This document shows, piece after piece, positions 1 through 10,455 of a stretch of DNA of 64,000 nt (position 1 is its first letter; the number at the start of each line of letters is the position of its first letter). A program made the position numbers and the translations under genes. Below the pieces are notes generated by a model, which saw only the letters and a list, made by a program, of their open reading frames with translations, did no database searches and was not told the DNA's origin. The DNA is from Massilia sp. (GTDB taxonomy: Bacteria > Pseudomonadota > Gammaproteobacteria > Burkholderiales > Burkholderiaceae_D). The stretch is taken from NCBI RefSeq assembly GCF_032106685.1, contig NZ_DAMCPG010000011.1, forward strand, positions 52,478-116,477. Reading direction: 5' to 3'.

Positions 1-312
1 GCCGGCGGCGATGGCGTCGATGTTGCCGACGCAGAGCATCAGGTCCACCGCCAGGGCCGCCGGCTGGCGCGACAGCGCCTCGATCACGTGCGCGACCATT
101 TCGATCGGCCCGGTCTCGTCGCCGTGCACGCCGACCGACAGCAGCACCGCCGGACGGGAAGCGCCGGCGGCCTTCACCGTCATGACACCCCTTGCGGGGA
201 GCATGACCGTGAAACCGGCCTCGCTGAAACGCTGCGCCACGAGGCCGAAATCGGCCTCGGCCAGCGCGCGCACCGCTTCAGGCACCACGGGTGGTTGGGC
301 GGGCGCGCTCAT
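1..312 (-). CDS. astE: succinylglutamate desuccinylase, N-terminal part only (gene runs off the left edge)
   Basis: My own translation of the minus strand from the ATG at 312..310 gives MSAPAQPPVVPEAVRALAEADFGLVAQRFSEAGFTVMLPARGVMTVKAAGASRPAVLLSVGVHGDETGPIEMVAHVIEAL... The VHGDETGPIE zinc-ligand-type motif and the position at the end of the ast gene string fit AstE. It is absent from the ORF track because it is truncated. Confidence 0.65.
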   Translation of the reverse strand, partial: MSAPAQPPVVPEAVRALAEADFGLVAQRFSEAGFTVMLPARGVMTVKAAGASRPAVLLSVGVHGDETGPIEMVAHVIEALSRQPAALAVDLMLCVGNIDAIAAG

Positions 313-313
313 C

Positions 314-3300
314 TCAGGCAGCCAGGCGCTCGGGGTTCGAGCCTTCCGACAGCGCCCAGACGTCCAGCATGGCCTGTTCGAGCTCAAGGGCCTGGGTGTA
401 GCCGGTCAGGCCCATTTCCGCGGTCACCGTGTCGACGGCCGCCAGCGCATCGCCGCTGCCGGCACGCTCGATCACCTTCAGCAGCAGGCGCTGCTGGGTG
501 CGGCGCAGTGCCTGCATCGCGTAGTTGCGCAGCTGTTCCTGCGACTTGCTGGTGGCGGGCAGCTTCAGGCCGCGCTCGAGCGTGTCGATGCCGGCGCGCT
601 CGCGCAGCGCCATGCCGACCTGCAGGAACTGGGCCAGCGTCATGCCGGCCGGGCGCTGCACCGAGACCGCCGCGAACAGGAAGGTGGCCAGCGACTCGAT
701 GGCCTCGACCGCCTTCCAGGCGCCGACGAAGTTCTTGCTCAGGCCGGCGTAACCGTCGGCTTCCGACTTCGACGGCATCAGCTGGCGCAGCTGGTCGCCG
801 TCGGCGAACAGCGAGGACAGTTCGGTCATGCCGTCGGCGCCCTGCGGCAGCGACAGCACGCCTTCCATCACGGCGCGCAGCAGCGCACGGGTGCGGGCGT
901 CGACCGCGATCGACACTTCACGCGGCACGTTCAGCGCATCGGCGTCGAGCGCATCGAACACCGGCGCCAGCTGCAGCGCCGACCAGCCGCGGCCCCAGGC
1001 CTTGACCACTTCGGTCTCGTCGACACGGTGCTCGGCGGCCAGGTCGCGCAGCATCAGCGGACCGCAGCGGTTGACGGCCTCGTTGGCCAGCACGGTCGCC
1101 AGGATGGCGTTGGCCAGCGGGTGATCCAGCGGATCGCGGGTAGCGACCAGTTGCGCCGGGAAGTAAGGACGCAGCACGGTCGCGGCCCATGGCTCGTCGA
1201 CCAGCGGCAGCGCGGCCAGGGTGCGCTTGAAGCGGTTCTTCACGTTGGCGATGACGACCGCCAGTTCCGGGGCGGTCAGGCCCTGGCCCAGTGCCTTGCG
1301 GCGCTGCAGTTCGGCGTCGCTCGGCAGTTGCTCCAGCTCGCGCGAGACGGCGCCTTCCGCTTCCAGGTTCGCGATCAGGGCGGCGTAGGCATCGACGATC
1401 GAGGCATTGCCTTGGGCCTGGGCTTCGCGGGTCAGCAGGCGGGTCTGCTGGGTGTTGTCGCGCAGGACCAGCTTCTCGACGTCGCCGGTCATCTCGAACA
1501 GGATGCGGTTGCGGTCGGCTTCAGGCAGCTTGCCGGCGCTGACTTCGGTGTCCAGCCAGATCTTGATGTTGACTTCGTGGTCCGAGCAGTCCACGCCGGC
1601 CGAGTTGTCGATCGCATCGGTGAAGATGCGGCCGCCGTTCAGCGCGAACTCGATACGGCCGGCCTGGGTCGCGCCCAGGTTGCCGCCCTCGCCCACCACC
1701 TTGCAGCGCATCTCGCCGCCGTTGACGCGGATGCGGTCGTTGGCGCGGTCCTTCACCTGGGCATGGGTCTCGTGCGAGGCCTTGATGTAGGTGCCGATGC
1801 CGCCGTTGTAGAACAGGTCGACCGGGGCCAGCAGGATGCGGTGCATCAGTTCTTCCGGCGCCAGCGAGGTTTCCTCGATGCCCAGCACTTCACGCACCTG
1901 CGGGGTCAGGTCGATCGAGCGGGCGCTGCGCGGGAACACGCCGCCGCCCTGCGAGATCAGCGACTTGTCGTAGTCTTCCCACGACGAGCGCGGCAGCGCG
2001 AACATGCGCTGGCGTTCCTTGAACGAGACTTCGACGTCCGGGGTCGGATCCAGGAAGATGTGGCGGTGGTCGAACGCGGCCACCAGCTTCAGCTGGCGCG
2101 ACAGCAGCACGCCGTTGCCGAACACGTCGCCCGACATGTCGCCCACGCCGACCATGGTGATCGGGGTGGTGGTCATGTCGTGGCCCAGTTCGTAGAAGTG
2201 GCGCTTGACGGCCTCGAAGGCGCCCTTCGCGGTGATGCCCATCTTCTTGTGGTCGTAGCCGTTCGAGCCGCCCGAGGCAAAGGCGTCGCCCAGCCAGAAG
2301 CCGCGCTGCACGGCGATGCTGTTGGCGATGTCGGAGAAGGTCGCGGTGCCCTTGTCGGCGGCGACCACCAGGTAAGGATCGTCCTGGTCATGGCGCACGG
2401 TGCGCTCCGGCGGCACGATCGCGCCCTGCACGCGGTTGTCGGTCACTTCCAGCAGGCTCGAGATGAACATGCGGTAGCAGGCTTCGCCCTCGGCCGCCAT
2501 GACGTCGCGCGGCGCATCCTTCGGCATCTGCTTGCAGACGAAACCGCCCTTCGAGCCGGCCGGCACGATGACGGCGTTCTTGACCATCTGCGCCTTCACC
2601 AGGCCCAGCACTTCGGTGCGGTAGTCTTCCATGCGGTCCGACCAGCGCAGGCCGCCGCGGGCGACCGGGCCGCCGCGCAGGTGCACGCCTTCGAAGCGGC
2701 GCGAGAACACGTAGATCTCGCGGTACGGACGCGGCTCCGGCGCCAGCGCCAGGTTGCTGGTGTCGACCTTGAAGATCATCTTCTCGCCGCTGTTCTGGAA
2801 GTAGTTGGTGCGCACGGTGGCCAGGGCCAGGTCGACCAGGGCCGCCATGATTTCCTCGGTGTCGGCGTGGTTCACGCTCGACAGGCCGGCCTTCAGCGCG
2901 GCCAGCTTGGCATTGCCGGCGGCGTGCTCGGACTCGCCCAGCGCCGGATCGAAGCGCTGGACGAAGCCGGTGACGAATTCCTTGACCAGGGCCGGCTGGG
3001 TGCGCAGCGTCTCGGCCATGTAGCGCACCGAGAACTTCGAGCCCAGCTGGCGCCAGTAGCTGATGTAGCCGCGCACCAGCTGCACTTCGCGCATCGACAG
3101 GCCGCCCTCGACGGTCAGGCCGTTCATGCGGCCGTCTTCGGCTTCGTCGTTGAACAGGGCGGCGAACAGCTCTTCGGCGACCTGCGCGATGCCCGGCTTG
3201 ACCAGCTTGTCGCCGCTCTCGTCGTCCACCGCCAGCGCGGTGACGTGGTGGCGTACGCCGTCGGCGGTCGTGATCGCCCAGGTCTGCTCGCGGTCGACCG

Positions 3301-5023
3301 CGATGCCGGCGTTCTGCAGGGCCGGCAGGATGCGCGACAGCGACGGCACGTTCTCGCCCGAGTACAGGCGGATCGAGGCGTCGCGCGCGGCGTTGCCGTC
3401 ACCGCTGCCCGGCTCGATGCGCACGGCGACGCGCTCGTGCTGGCCGATGTTCAGCATGGCCTGCAGGTCGCGGAAGGCGACTTCCGGCGCGGTCGCGGTC
3501 ACGAACGAGACCGGCAGGTTGGCGCCGAGCTTGCGCAGGGCGCTGCGCTGGGCGTGCTCTTCGACGCCGTTGGTCATGGCGGCGAAGCGGTCGTGCCAGC
3601 CGTCCAGTACGGCCAGCAGCGGCTGCTGGATGTCGGTTTCGAGGTCGAGCGGATTGCGGGCGGCGTGGGCGATCAGGTAGACGCGGGCCAGCGGACCGTC
3701 GGCGACCAGGGTCTGCACGCGCACGTCGTGCGCGCCCGAGCTGTCCTTCAGGGCCTGGGCCAGCGAGGCGGCCATCGCTGCGCTGTAGCGCTCGCGCGGC
3801 AGGTAGACCAGCGCGTTCAGGTGGCGGCCGTAGACGTCGCGGCGGGCGAAGACTTTCGGGCGCGGCTGCTTGTACAGCGACACGACCGAGCTGCACACCT
3901 GCGCCAGCCATTCCGGATCGGCTTCCAGCGCTTCGGTGCGCGGCAGCGATTCGAGGATTTCCAGGAACTTCTCGGCGCGGAAGCCTTCCTGGCGCACGCC
4001 GGCCAGGCTCAGCACCTTGGCGACGCGGCCGCGCGCGAACGGCAGGCGCGCCAGCGGGGTCGAGGTGGCGGCGCGGGTGAACAGGCCGACGAAGCAGTGC
4101 TCGCCGAGGATGTTGCCTTGCGCATCGGTGTTGCGCACGCCGATGAAGTCGAGCGGCTGGTCGCGGTGCAGGGTGCCCTCGACGTCGGCTTTCACGATCG
4201 ACAGGGTCTCGGCGCGGGCCGACAGGGTTTTCAGTTCGCCCGGGATGTTGGCCAGGCAGGTGCCGTAGACCGGGTGCGCGGTGTCCTTCAGCACGCCGAT
4301 GCGGCTCGGGATGTCGCGCGCCAGTTCGTCCTGGCCCGGCTGCACCACGTAATAGGCGTAGCCGAAGGGCTCGAAGCCTTCGTTCTTGGCCCATTCGAGG
4401 AAGGCGGCCACTTCCTGGCCGGCCGGGGTGCCGGCGGCGGCTGCTGCCGCGGCCACTTCGGTCATGCGGTCGCCCATGGCGACGGCATCGCGGTGCACGA
4501 CGGCGGCGTCGCTGGCGACCATGCGGATGCGCGCGGTCAGCTTGTCGAGTTCCTCGAAGGCCAGTTCGTCGTTCAACAGCACCAGCACGTAGGATTCCAG
4601 CGGCGCGCCGGCGGTGCCGACGTTGACCACCTGGCCCGATGCGTCGCGCTCGACCGGCAGCACGGCGTTCATCACGCCGGCGGCCAGGACGCGTTCCTTG
4701 CGCAGGGCCATGACGAACGAGTCCACCAGGTAGGGCATGTCGTCGTTCAGGATCAGCAGGGCGGTCGCGATGCCGCCGCGGGTGTCGGTGTAGCGCATCT
4801 GCGCGATCTGGCAACCCTGCCCGGCGCGCTTGGCGGCCTGGGTGAAGCCGTCCCACAGGACGGGGGCCAGGGCTTCCGGCGTGGTGCCGGCCAGGTCCTC
4901 TTCGTCGAGCGACCCGAGCCAGGCGCTGATCAGCGCGGTTACCGGTGCGGTCGCGCCCGCGGCCGGCTGGTTCGTGACCAGCGAGAGGGTCTGGGTGCGC
5001 AAATCTTGCGTCATGTCGTTCAT
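314..5023 (-). CDS. gdhB: large NAD-specific glutamate dehydrogenase (about 180 kDa class)
   Basis: A 1569-aa ORF. Its length and sequence (e.g. GGLRWSDRMEDYRTEVLGLVKAQMVKNAVIVPAGSKGGF, VVAADKGTATFSDIAN, GYDHKKMGITAKGA) match the large bacterial NAD-GDH family. A GGAGAAAG Shine-Dalgarno lies before the ATG. Confidence 0.9.
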   Translation of the reverse strand: MNDMTQDLRTQTLSLVTNQPAAGATAPVTALISAWLGSLDEEDLAGTTPEALAPVLWDGFTQAAKRAGQGCQIAQMRYTDTRGGIATALLILNDDMPYLVDSFVMALRKERVLAAGVMNAVLPVERDASGQVVNVGTAGAPLESYVLVLLNDELAFEELDKLTARIRMVASDAAVVHRDAVAMGDRMTEVAAAAAAAGTPAGQEVAAFLEWAKNEGFEPFGYAYYVVQPGQDELARDIPSRIGVLKDTAHPVYGTCLANIPGELKTLSARAETLSIVKADVEGTLHRDQPLDFIGVRNTDAQGNILGEHCFVGLFTRAATSTPLARLPFARGRVAKVLSLAGVRQEGFRAEKFLEILESLPRTEALEADPEWLAQVCSSVVSLYKQPRPKVFARRDVYGRHLNALVYLPRERYSAAMAASLAQALKDSSGAHDVRVQTLVADGPLARVYLIAHAARNPLDLETDIQQPLLAVLDGWHDRFAAMTNGVEEHAQRSALRKLGANLPVSFVTATAPEVAFRDLQAMLNIGQHERVAVRIEPGSGDGNAARDASIRLYSGENVPSLSRILPALQNAGIAVDREQTWAITTADGVRHHVTALAVDDESGDKLVKPGIAQVAEELFAALFNDEAEDGRMNGLTVEGGLSMREVQLVRGYISYWRQLGSKFSVRYMAETLRTQPALVKEFVTGFVQRFDPALGESEHAAGNAKLAALKAGLSSVNHADTEEIMAALVDLALATVRTNYFQNSGEKMIFKVDTSNLALAPEPRPYREIYVFSRRFEGVHLRGGPVARGGLRWSDRMEDYRTEVLGLVKAQMVKNAVIVPAGSKGGFVCKQMPKDAPRDVMAAEGEACYRMFISSLLEVTDNRVQGAIVPPERTVRHDQDDPYLVVAADKGTATFSDIANSIAVQRGFWLGDAFASGGSNGYDHKKMGITAKGAFEAVKRHFYELGHDMTTTPITMVGVGDMSGDVFGNGVLLSRQLKLVAAFDHRHIFLDPTPDVEVSFKERQRMFALPRSSWEDYDKSLISQGGGVFPRSARSIDLTPQVREVLGIEETSLAPEELMHRILLAPVDLFYNGGIGTYIKASHETHAQVKDRANDRIRVNGGEMRCKVVGEGGNLGATQAGRIEFALNGGRIFTDAIDNSAGVDCSDHEVNIKIWLDTEVSAGKLPEADRNRILFEMTGDVEKLVLRDNTQQTRLLTREAQAQGNASIVDAYAALIANLEAEGAVSRELEQLPSDAELQRRKALGQGLTAPELAVVIANVKNRFKRTLAALPLVDEPWAATVLRPYFPAQLVATRDPLDHPLANAILATVLANEAVNRCGPLMLRDLAAEHRVDETEVVKAWGRGWSALQLAPVFDALDADALNVPREVSIAVDARTRALLRAVMEGVLSLPQGADGMTELSSLFADGDQLRQLMPSKSEADGYAGLSKNFVGAWKAVEAIESLATFLFAAVSVQRPAGMTLAQFLQVGMALRERAGIDTLERGLKLPATSKSQEQLRNYAMQALRRTQQRLLLKVIERAGSGDALAAVDTVTAEMGLTGYTQALELEQAMLDVWALSEGSNPERLAA

Positions 5024-5250
5024 TCTGCTTTCTCCAAAGCTTTAGTGTTGTCGCCGTTGCGCGCTACGGCTTGTGGCTCCGCGCGCCCCGGCGTTTGGTG
5101 GACAGGGTTGTCCCGTCCAGGTCCTCGGCTTCCTTGTCCCGGAAGCGTGTAACTCGTTATCGTTGCGACGGCGATGCGTCGTGCGCCGCCGTCGGTCCTT
5201 TGCTGCTTGCTGCCTGCGGCGCTGCGCGCCGCTGTATCTCTTCTCTACCG

Positions 5251-5447
5251 CCGTAGCGCGTGGGTTCGAGAACCCACCCTACGGTGCTGTACCTCTTCTC
5301 TGCCGCCGTACCGCGTGGACTCGGGAGCCTGCGCGGCCCGGTCCACCCTACAACAGCAGCGCACCGTAGGGTGGACACCTGTGTCCACGCGGTCTCACCG
5401 GTTGATCATCCAACATCACAACCGTAGGGTGGGTTCTTGAACCCACC
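5251..5447. repeat. REP hairpin cluster, 4 units in mixed orientation (5251-5284, 5306-5351, 5364-5392, 5422-5447)
   Basis: The units have the form CCGCGTGG[RNNC loop GNNY]CCACCCTACGG or its reverse complement. The cluster lies between the astB stop and the gdhB start. Confidence 0.85.
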
Positions 5448-5472
5448 GTTCCACCGGCCGATCATCCTGAAA

Positions 5473-6816
5473 TCAACCGAAGTCGTACAACCCCGGCAAA
5501 CCGAGAATCCGCTCCAGCGCCTCCAGCGCCGCATGGCACTCGATCGCCAGCTGCGGGTCCATCAAATCCTTCGGCTCGACCCGGTCGCGGTAATGCTTCT
5601 CGACCCACGCGACCAGCTGCGCATACAGCGTCTCGGTCATGATCACGCCGCCGTGCATGGCACCCGCCTGCTCGTCGGTCAGCGCCACGCGCAGGCGCAG
5701 GCAGGCCGGGCCGCCGCCGTTGCGCATGCTCTGGCGCAGGTCGAACTCGATCAGTTCGTCGATCGGACCGCCGCCCGCCACCAGGCCGGACAGGTAGCGC
5801 GCCACCGCCTCGTTCTCGCGGCACTCGTGCGGCACGACGAGCGCCATCTTGCCGTCCGGCTTGGACAGCAGCTGGCTGTTGAACAGGTAGCTGGCCACGG
5901 CGTCGGTCACCGGGACCTGGCCGCCATCGACCCGCACCGGCACGAACTCGAAGCCGACGCCGGCGCTTGCCCTGCGCAGCGCTTCGATGGTCGCCGCTTC
6001 GTCGGCAAAGGCCTGCTCGTGGTAGAACAGCACGTTGCCGTTGCCGACCGCGATCACGTCGTTGTGGAACACGCCCTGATCGATCACGTCCGGATTCTGC
6101 GACGCGAACACGGTGCGCACCGGATCGAGACCGTGCAGGCGCGCGACCGCCTGCGAAGCTTCCAAGGTCTGGCGCGCCGGGTATTTTTTAGGGGCCGGGG
6201 CCGACGGATCGAACTCGACGCGGCCGTAGACGAAGAACTCGACACCCGGCGCGCCATGGTCGGCGGCAAAGCGGGTGTGGTTCGCGGCGCCTTCGTCGCC
6301 AAAGGCCGGGGTCGCGGGCAGCGTGTCGTGCACCACGAAATGGTCGTGGTCGGCGAAGATCGCGCGCAGCGTGCGCGTGGCCTGCACGTGCTCTTCCGAG
6401 CGGTGCAGCTTGTTGTTCAGGTTGGCGGCGGTGAAGTGCACGCGGCCGTCGCGGGTGTCGGCCGATGGGCTGACGGTCGCGGCGTTGGCGGTCCACATCG
6501 GCGCGGCCGACCAGGCGCAGGACAGGATCACCGGCGCCTCGCGCCAGGCCTGCGCCAGCACGTCGGCATCCGTCCCCGAGAAGCCCAGGCTGCGCAGCAG
6601 GCGGAAGTTCGGACGCGCCTGCGGCGGCATCACGGCCTGGGCGAAGCCGCGCGCGGCCAGCGCGCGCATCTTGGCCAGGCCCTGCAGGGCGGCCTGGCGC
6701 GGGTTCGAGGCGCTGCGCACGTTGCTGAACGAGGCCACGTTGCCGAACGAGAGGCCGGCATAGTTGTGCGACGGGCCGACCAGGCCGTCGAAGTTGTATT
6801 CGCGAGCGTTACGCAT
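5473..6816 (-). CDS. astB: N-succinylarginine dihydrolase
   Basis: 447 aa. The N-terminus [29 protein letters not shown]... closely parallels the enterobacterial AstB N-terminus. Confidence 0.9.
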   Translation of the reverse strand: MRNAREYNFDGLVGPSHNYAGLSFGNVASFSNVRSASNPRQAALQGLAKMRALAARGFAQAVMPPQARPNFRLLRSLGFSGTDADVLAQAWREAPVILSCAWSAAPMWTANAATVSPSADTRDGRVHFTAANLNNKLHRSEEHVQATRTLRAIFADHDHFVVHDTLPATPAFGDEGAANHTRFAADHGAPGVEFFVYGRVEFDPSAPAPKKYPARQTLEASQAVARLHGLDPVRTVFASQNPDVIDQGVFHNDVIAVGNGNVLFYHEQAFADEAATIEALRRASAGVGFEFVPVRVDGGQVPVTDAVASYLFNSQLLSKPDGKMALVVPHECRENEAVARYLSGLVAGGGPIDELIEFDLRQSMRNGGGPACLRLRVALTDEQAGAMHGGVIMTETLYAQLVAWVEKHYRDRVEPKDLMDPQLAIECHAALEALERILGLPGLYDFG

Positions 6817-6819
6817 GAA

Positions 6820-8301
6820 TTAAAAGCTCAGTCCCGGCGACAGCTTGGCCGGCATTTCAAGTTCGGAAGTCTCGATCGAGGCCACCGGGTAAGCGCAGTA
6901 GTCGGCCGCATAATACGCGCTCGGACGGTGGTTGCCCGACTTGCCGACGCCGCCGAACGGCGCCGAGCTGGCCGCGCCCGTGGTCGGGCGGTTCCAGTTG
7001 ACGATGCCGGCGCGTGCGCGCACCGCGAAGCGCTTCCACAGTTCTTCCGACGGCGACAAGAGCGCCGCGGCCAGGCCGAATTCGGTGGCGTTGGCAACCT
7101 TCAGCGCGCTGTCGAAATCTTTTACGCGCACGACCTGCAGCAGCGGGCCGAACCACTCTTCGTCCGGGATGCCCTGGGCGTTGGTGACGTCGACGATGCC
7201 GGCGGTGACGAAACCGGCATTCGGGTCGAGCTGGCGCATCTGCAGCAATACCTTGCCGCCCTTCTGTTCCATCTCGGCCTGGGCCTGCACCAGGCGCGCG
7301 GCGACCGCGGCGGATACGACCGGCCCCATGAACGGCTGAGGGTCGGCGTTCGACGGGCCAACCTGCAATTTCGACGCGACCTCGACCAGGCGATCGATGA
7401 AGGCTTGCCCTTCCGGCGTATCCTGCACCACCAGGCGGCGCGCGCAGGTGCAGCGCTGGCCGGCCGAGATAAACGCCGACATCACGGCGTGGTGGACGGC
7501 GGCGTCGACATCCTTAGGGTTGTCACTGAGATCCCACACCACGAGCGGATTGTTGCCGCCCATTTCCAGCGCCAGCATCTTGCCCGGCTGGCCCCCGAAC
7601 TGTTTATGCAGGGCGGCGCCGGTCTGGCTGCTGCCGGTGAACAGCACGCCGTCGATCAGGGGATTCGCGCCCAGCGCGATGCCGGTGTTGCGGCCGCCGT
7701 TCACCAGGTTCAGCACGCCCTTCGGCAGGCCGGCCTTTTCCCACAGCTGCACGGTCTTCACGGCGGTGCGCGGCGCGTACTCGCTCGGCTTGAACACGAC
7801 CGTGTTCCCGGCGATCAGGGCCGGCACGATGTGGCCATTCGGCAGGTGGCCCGGGAAGTTATAGGGGCCGTAGACGGCGAACACGCCGTGCGGGCGGTGG
7901 CGCAGCACGGCGTTGCCGTCGGCAACCTTGGCGTTGCTTTCGCCGGTGCGCGCGCCATAGGACTGGACCGAGATGTCGATCTTGTTGGCCATGGTCGCCA
8001 CTTCCGTGCGCGCTTCCCACAAAGGTTTACCGACTTCCTCGGCGATAGTCGCCGCCAGCTCCTCGGCGTGTTCCTTCAGCAGGTCGCGAAAGCGCGTGCA
8101 GACGGCGATGCGCTCGTCGAGCGGGCGCAAGGCCCAGTCCTCGAAGGTGTCGCGGGCGGCCTGGGCGGCGCGCGCCACGTCCTCTTCGGTCGATTCGTTG
8201 CTGGTCCAGGTCTGGCGGCCGGTGGACGGATCGATCGTGACCAGTTCCGCGCCGCTGCCGGCGAGCCATTCGCCGTTGATGTAGTTCGACAGGTTAGCCA
8301 T
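6820..8301 (-). CDS. astD: succinylglutamate-semialdehyde dehydrogenase
   Basis: A 493-aa aldehyde dehydrogenase family protein located between aruG and astB. It overlaps the aruG stop by 8 nt. Confidence 0.85.
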   Translation of the reverse strand: MANLSNYINGEWLAGSGAELVTIDPSTGRQTWTSNESTEEDVARAAQAARDTFEDWALRPLDERIAVCTRFRDLLKEHAEELAATIAEEVGKPLWEARTEVATMANKIDISVQSYGARTGESNAKVADGNAVLRHRPHGVFAVYGPYNFPGHLPNGHIVPALIAGNTVVFKPSEYAPRTAVKTVQLWEKAGLPKGVLNLVNGGRNTGIALGANPLIDGVLFTGSSQTGAALHKQFGGQPGKMLALEMGGNNPLVVWDLSDNPKDVDAAVHHAVMSAFISAGQRCTCARRLVVQDTPEGQAFIDRLVEVASKLQVGPSNADPQPFMGPVVSAAVAARLVQAQAEMEQKGGKVLLQMRQLDPNAGFVTAGIVDVTNAQGIPDEEWFGPLLQVVRVKDFDSALKVANATEFGLAAALLSPSEELWKRFAVRARAGIVNWNRPTTGAASSAPFGGVGKSGNHRPSAYYAADYCAYPVASIETSELEMPAKLSPGLSF

Positions 8302-9325
8302 TGTTCTTCCTTACGTTGAGTGACAGCGTGCGCACCGTGTCGCCCGCCTGGCAATGCAGCAGCGCCAGCTCCTGCGCCGACAACGCGACCTGCGCGCCCT
8401 CGATCGTGGTCTGGGCCAGCACCATCCGGAAATCGTGCAGCTTCGTGTTCGACACCAGCAGGCATTCGGTCTCGCCTTCCGGGCGCCCTTCGGCGGCCAC
8501 GCGCAGCACGCTGTCGCGCACCGAGCGCAGGTCGGACACGCGGCCCTGCAGCACCGGGCCGGCGTCGAAAATGTCGACGTAGCCGTCGTAGTGCATGCCT
8601 TCCTGCTCCAGCAGCTTGCGTGCGGGGAGCGTGGAGCGGTGCACCTGGCCGATGACCTCGCGCGCGGACTGCGGCAGGTAGTCCACGTACAGCGGCTGGC
8701 GCGGCATCAGCTCGGCGATGAAGGATTTCTTGCCCATCGCGGTCAGGCCGTCGACGTGGTTGAAGTCCATCTTGAAGAAGTGGCGGCCCAGGCCTTCGTA
8801 GAAGGGGCTGGTGCCGTCCTCCAGCAGGTAGCCGCGCATCTCGGCGATGATCTTCTCGGTGAACAGCTGCTGGAACTGGGCGATGAACAGGAAGCGGCTT
8901 TTCGAGAGCCACTTGCCGTTGTAGCCGGCCCGGTAGTCCGGCTGCAGGAACAGCGAGCACAGCTCGGTCGAACCGGTCAGGTCGTTCGACAGGTACAGGG
9001 TCTCCATGCGCGTGAACACGTTCAGTTCGCGGCTGGAGTGCACCAGGGTGCCGATGCGGTAGTTATAGAAGGGCTCGGTCAGGCCGACCGCGCCCTTGAT
9101 CGCGCACACGCCGGCCAGGCGGCCATTGGTCGTGTCCTCGAGCGCGAACATGTAGTCGCGCTCGTGCGGCGGGATCGTTTCGGCGAACGAGGCGACGGCG
9201 CATTCGACGCGGTCGCCCAGCATCTTGCGGTCGGGTTTCAGGGTGGTCATGCCGCCGCCGACCTGGGTAGCCAGGTCGATCAGGGCGTCGAGGTCCGATG
9301 CAACGATGGAACGGATGACGAGCAT
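8294..9325 (-). CDS. aruG: arginine/ornithine N-succinyltransferase subunit (second paralog)
   Basis: 343 aa, starting MLVIRSIVASDLDALIDL... It is an AstA-family paralog of the upstream gene. The subunit name is assigned by gene order, as in aruCFGDBE. Confidence 0.75.
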   Translation of the reverse strand: MLVIRSIVASDLDALIDLATQVGGGMTTLKPDRKMLGDRVECAVASFAETIPPHERDYMFALEDTTNGRLAGVCAIKGAVGLTEPFYNYRIGTLVHSSRELNVFTRMETLYLSNDLTGSTELCSLFLQPDYRAGYNGKWLSKSRFLFIAQFQQLFTEKIIAEMRGYLLEDGTSPFYEGLGRHFFKMDFNHVDGLTAMGKKSFIAELMPRQPLYVDYLPQSAREVIGQVHRSTLPARKLLEQEGMHYDGYVDIFDAGPVLQGRVSDLRSVRDSVLRVAAEGRPEGETECLLVSNTKLHDFRMVLAQTTIEGAQVALSAQELALLHCQAGDTVRTLSLNVRKNNG

Positions 9326-9335
9326 GGTGCCTCTC

Positions 9336-10358
9336 TCAGATTCTGACGCAGATGACGGAGTCGCCCGGCGCCACGCCCAGCGCTTCCTGCGCCGCTGGCG
9401 GCAAGCAGATGGCGTCGGAGGTATCGCAGGGTGGGCAGGCCACGGTGACGGCGCGGAAGCGCTCGGCGCTGGTCGCCACCGCGTAGGTGACGGTGGCGCC
9501 GCTGTCGGTCGAAGCGGTTTCGACGCGGCGGTGCTGCGAGCCGCAGAAGGAGCGCAGCGACAGTTTATGGGCCGCCAGGATCGGGCCGCCGTCGAAGATG
9601 TCGACGTATTCGTCGGCCTCGAAGCCCTCTTCGGTCAGCAGCTTGAACGCCAGCTGGCCGCTCGGGTGGATCTGGCCCATCGCCGCCTGGGCGTCGCCCG
9701 GCAGCAGCGGCACGTAGACAGGATAGTGCGGCATCAGCTCGACGATCAGGGTCCGGTTGCGCGCGCCGCCGATGACGCGTTCGGCTTCCAGGAAATCCAT
9801 CTTGAAGAACTTGCGGCCCAGCGCATTCCAGAACGGCGACTGGCCGTCGCTGTCGGTGACGCCGGCCAGCGGCACGAAGAAGCGGTCGCCGAAGCGGTGC
9901 GGCGCCAGCGCCGCGAACAGCAGCCGCGCGCGCGACAGCAGCGCGGCTTCGATACCGGCGTGCTCGCGGTCGCGCAGATTGAAGCCGGCCAGCTGCGAGC
10001 AAGCGGTGAGTTCGGAACACAGCGTCAGCGCATGCACGCTGTGGGAGATGTTCAGGTCGCGCGAGACCTGCTGGATGACGTCGTTGCGGAAAGCGAAATA
10101 AGTGCCGTTCGAGCCGGCCGAGGCGTGGACCGCGGCGGTGCCGACGACTTCGCGGCTGTTCGTATCCTCGAGCACGAACAGGTAGGACTCTTCGCTGGGA
10201 ATATCGACTTGCGCCGCGAACGAAGCAATGGATCGCTCGACGAAGGCGGTGATCGCCTCGCGCGTGCGCGGCAGCGTGTGCACTCCCGGCGTCGCCACCG
10301 CGGCCAGGCTCTCCAGCGCGCCGATATCCGACAGTTCTACCGGACGGACAACATACAT
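9336..10358 (-). CDS. aruF: arginine/ornithine N-succinyltransferase subunit (first paralog)
   Basis: AstA-family protein. I prefer the ATG at 10358 (MYVVRPVELSDIGALESL), which is preceded by GGGAG with a 5-nt spacer. The track start at 10370 is a TTG. Confidence 0.75.
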   Translation of the reverse strand: MYVVRPVELSDIGALESLAAVATPGVHTLPRTREAITAFVERSIASFAAQVDIPSEESYLFVLEDTNSREVVGTAAVHASAGSNGTYFAFRNDVIQQVSRDLNISHSVHALTLCSELTACSQLAGFNLRDREHAGIEAALLSRARLLFAALAPHRFGDRFFVPLAGVTDSDGQSPFWNALGRKFFKMDFLEAERVIGGARNRTLIVELMPHYPVYVPLLPGDAQAAMGQIHPSGQLAFKLLTEEGFEADEYVDIFDGGPILAAHKLSLRSFCGSQHRRVETASTDSGATVTYAVATSAERFRAVTVACPPCDTSDAICLPPAAQEALGVAPGDSVICVRI

Positions 10359-10455
10359 GTGAACTCCCAAAAAACCTGCGTCACTGCGAACACGCCATGG
10401 CCCGCGCAGGAGCGCAGGCCATGGGTTACGACACTTCCGTAAGGCGCTTTGCGGA

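Noticed and set aside
11-5152. An uninterrupted 1713-aa plus-strand ORF covering the whole gdhB region, the longest ORF in the track.
   Set aside because: It is exactly antisense to a gene with unmistakable NAD-GDH homology. Its product is low-complexity and rich in Ala, Arg, Gly, Gln and Val, with no recognisable domain. High GC3 in the sense gene removes stop codons from the antisense frame. Only ribosome profiling or proteomics evidence would revive it.
5073-5440. Small ORFs (61-98 aa) across REP clusters. Examples here: 5073-5369, 5157-5378 and 5174-5440. Similar cases: 28762-29019, 28882-29079, 22726-22935, 24222-24443 and 44173-44554.
   Set aside because: They are composed of REP hairpin sequence read in arbitrary frames. 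There are no Shine-Dalgarno sequences, and both strands are equally open.
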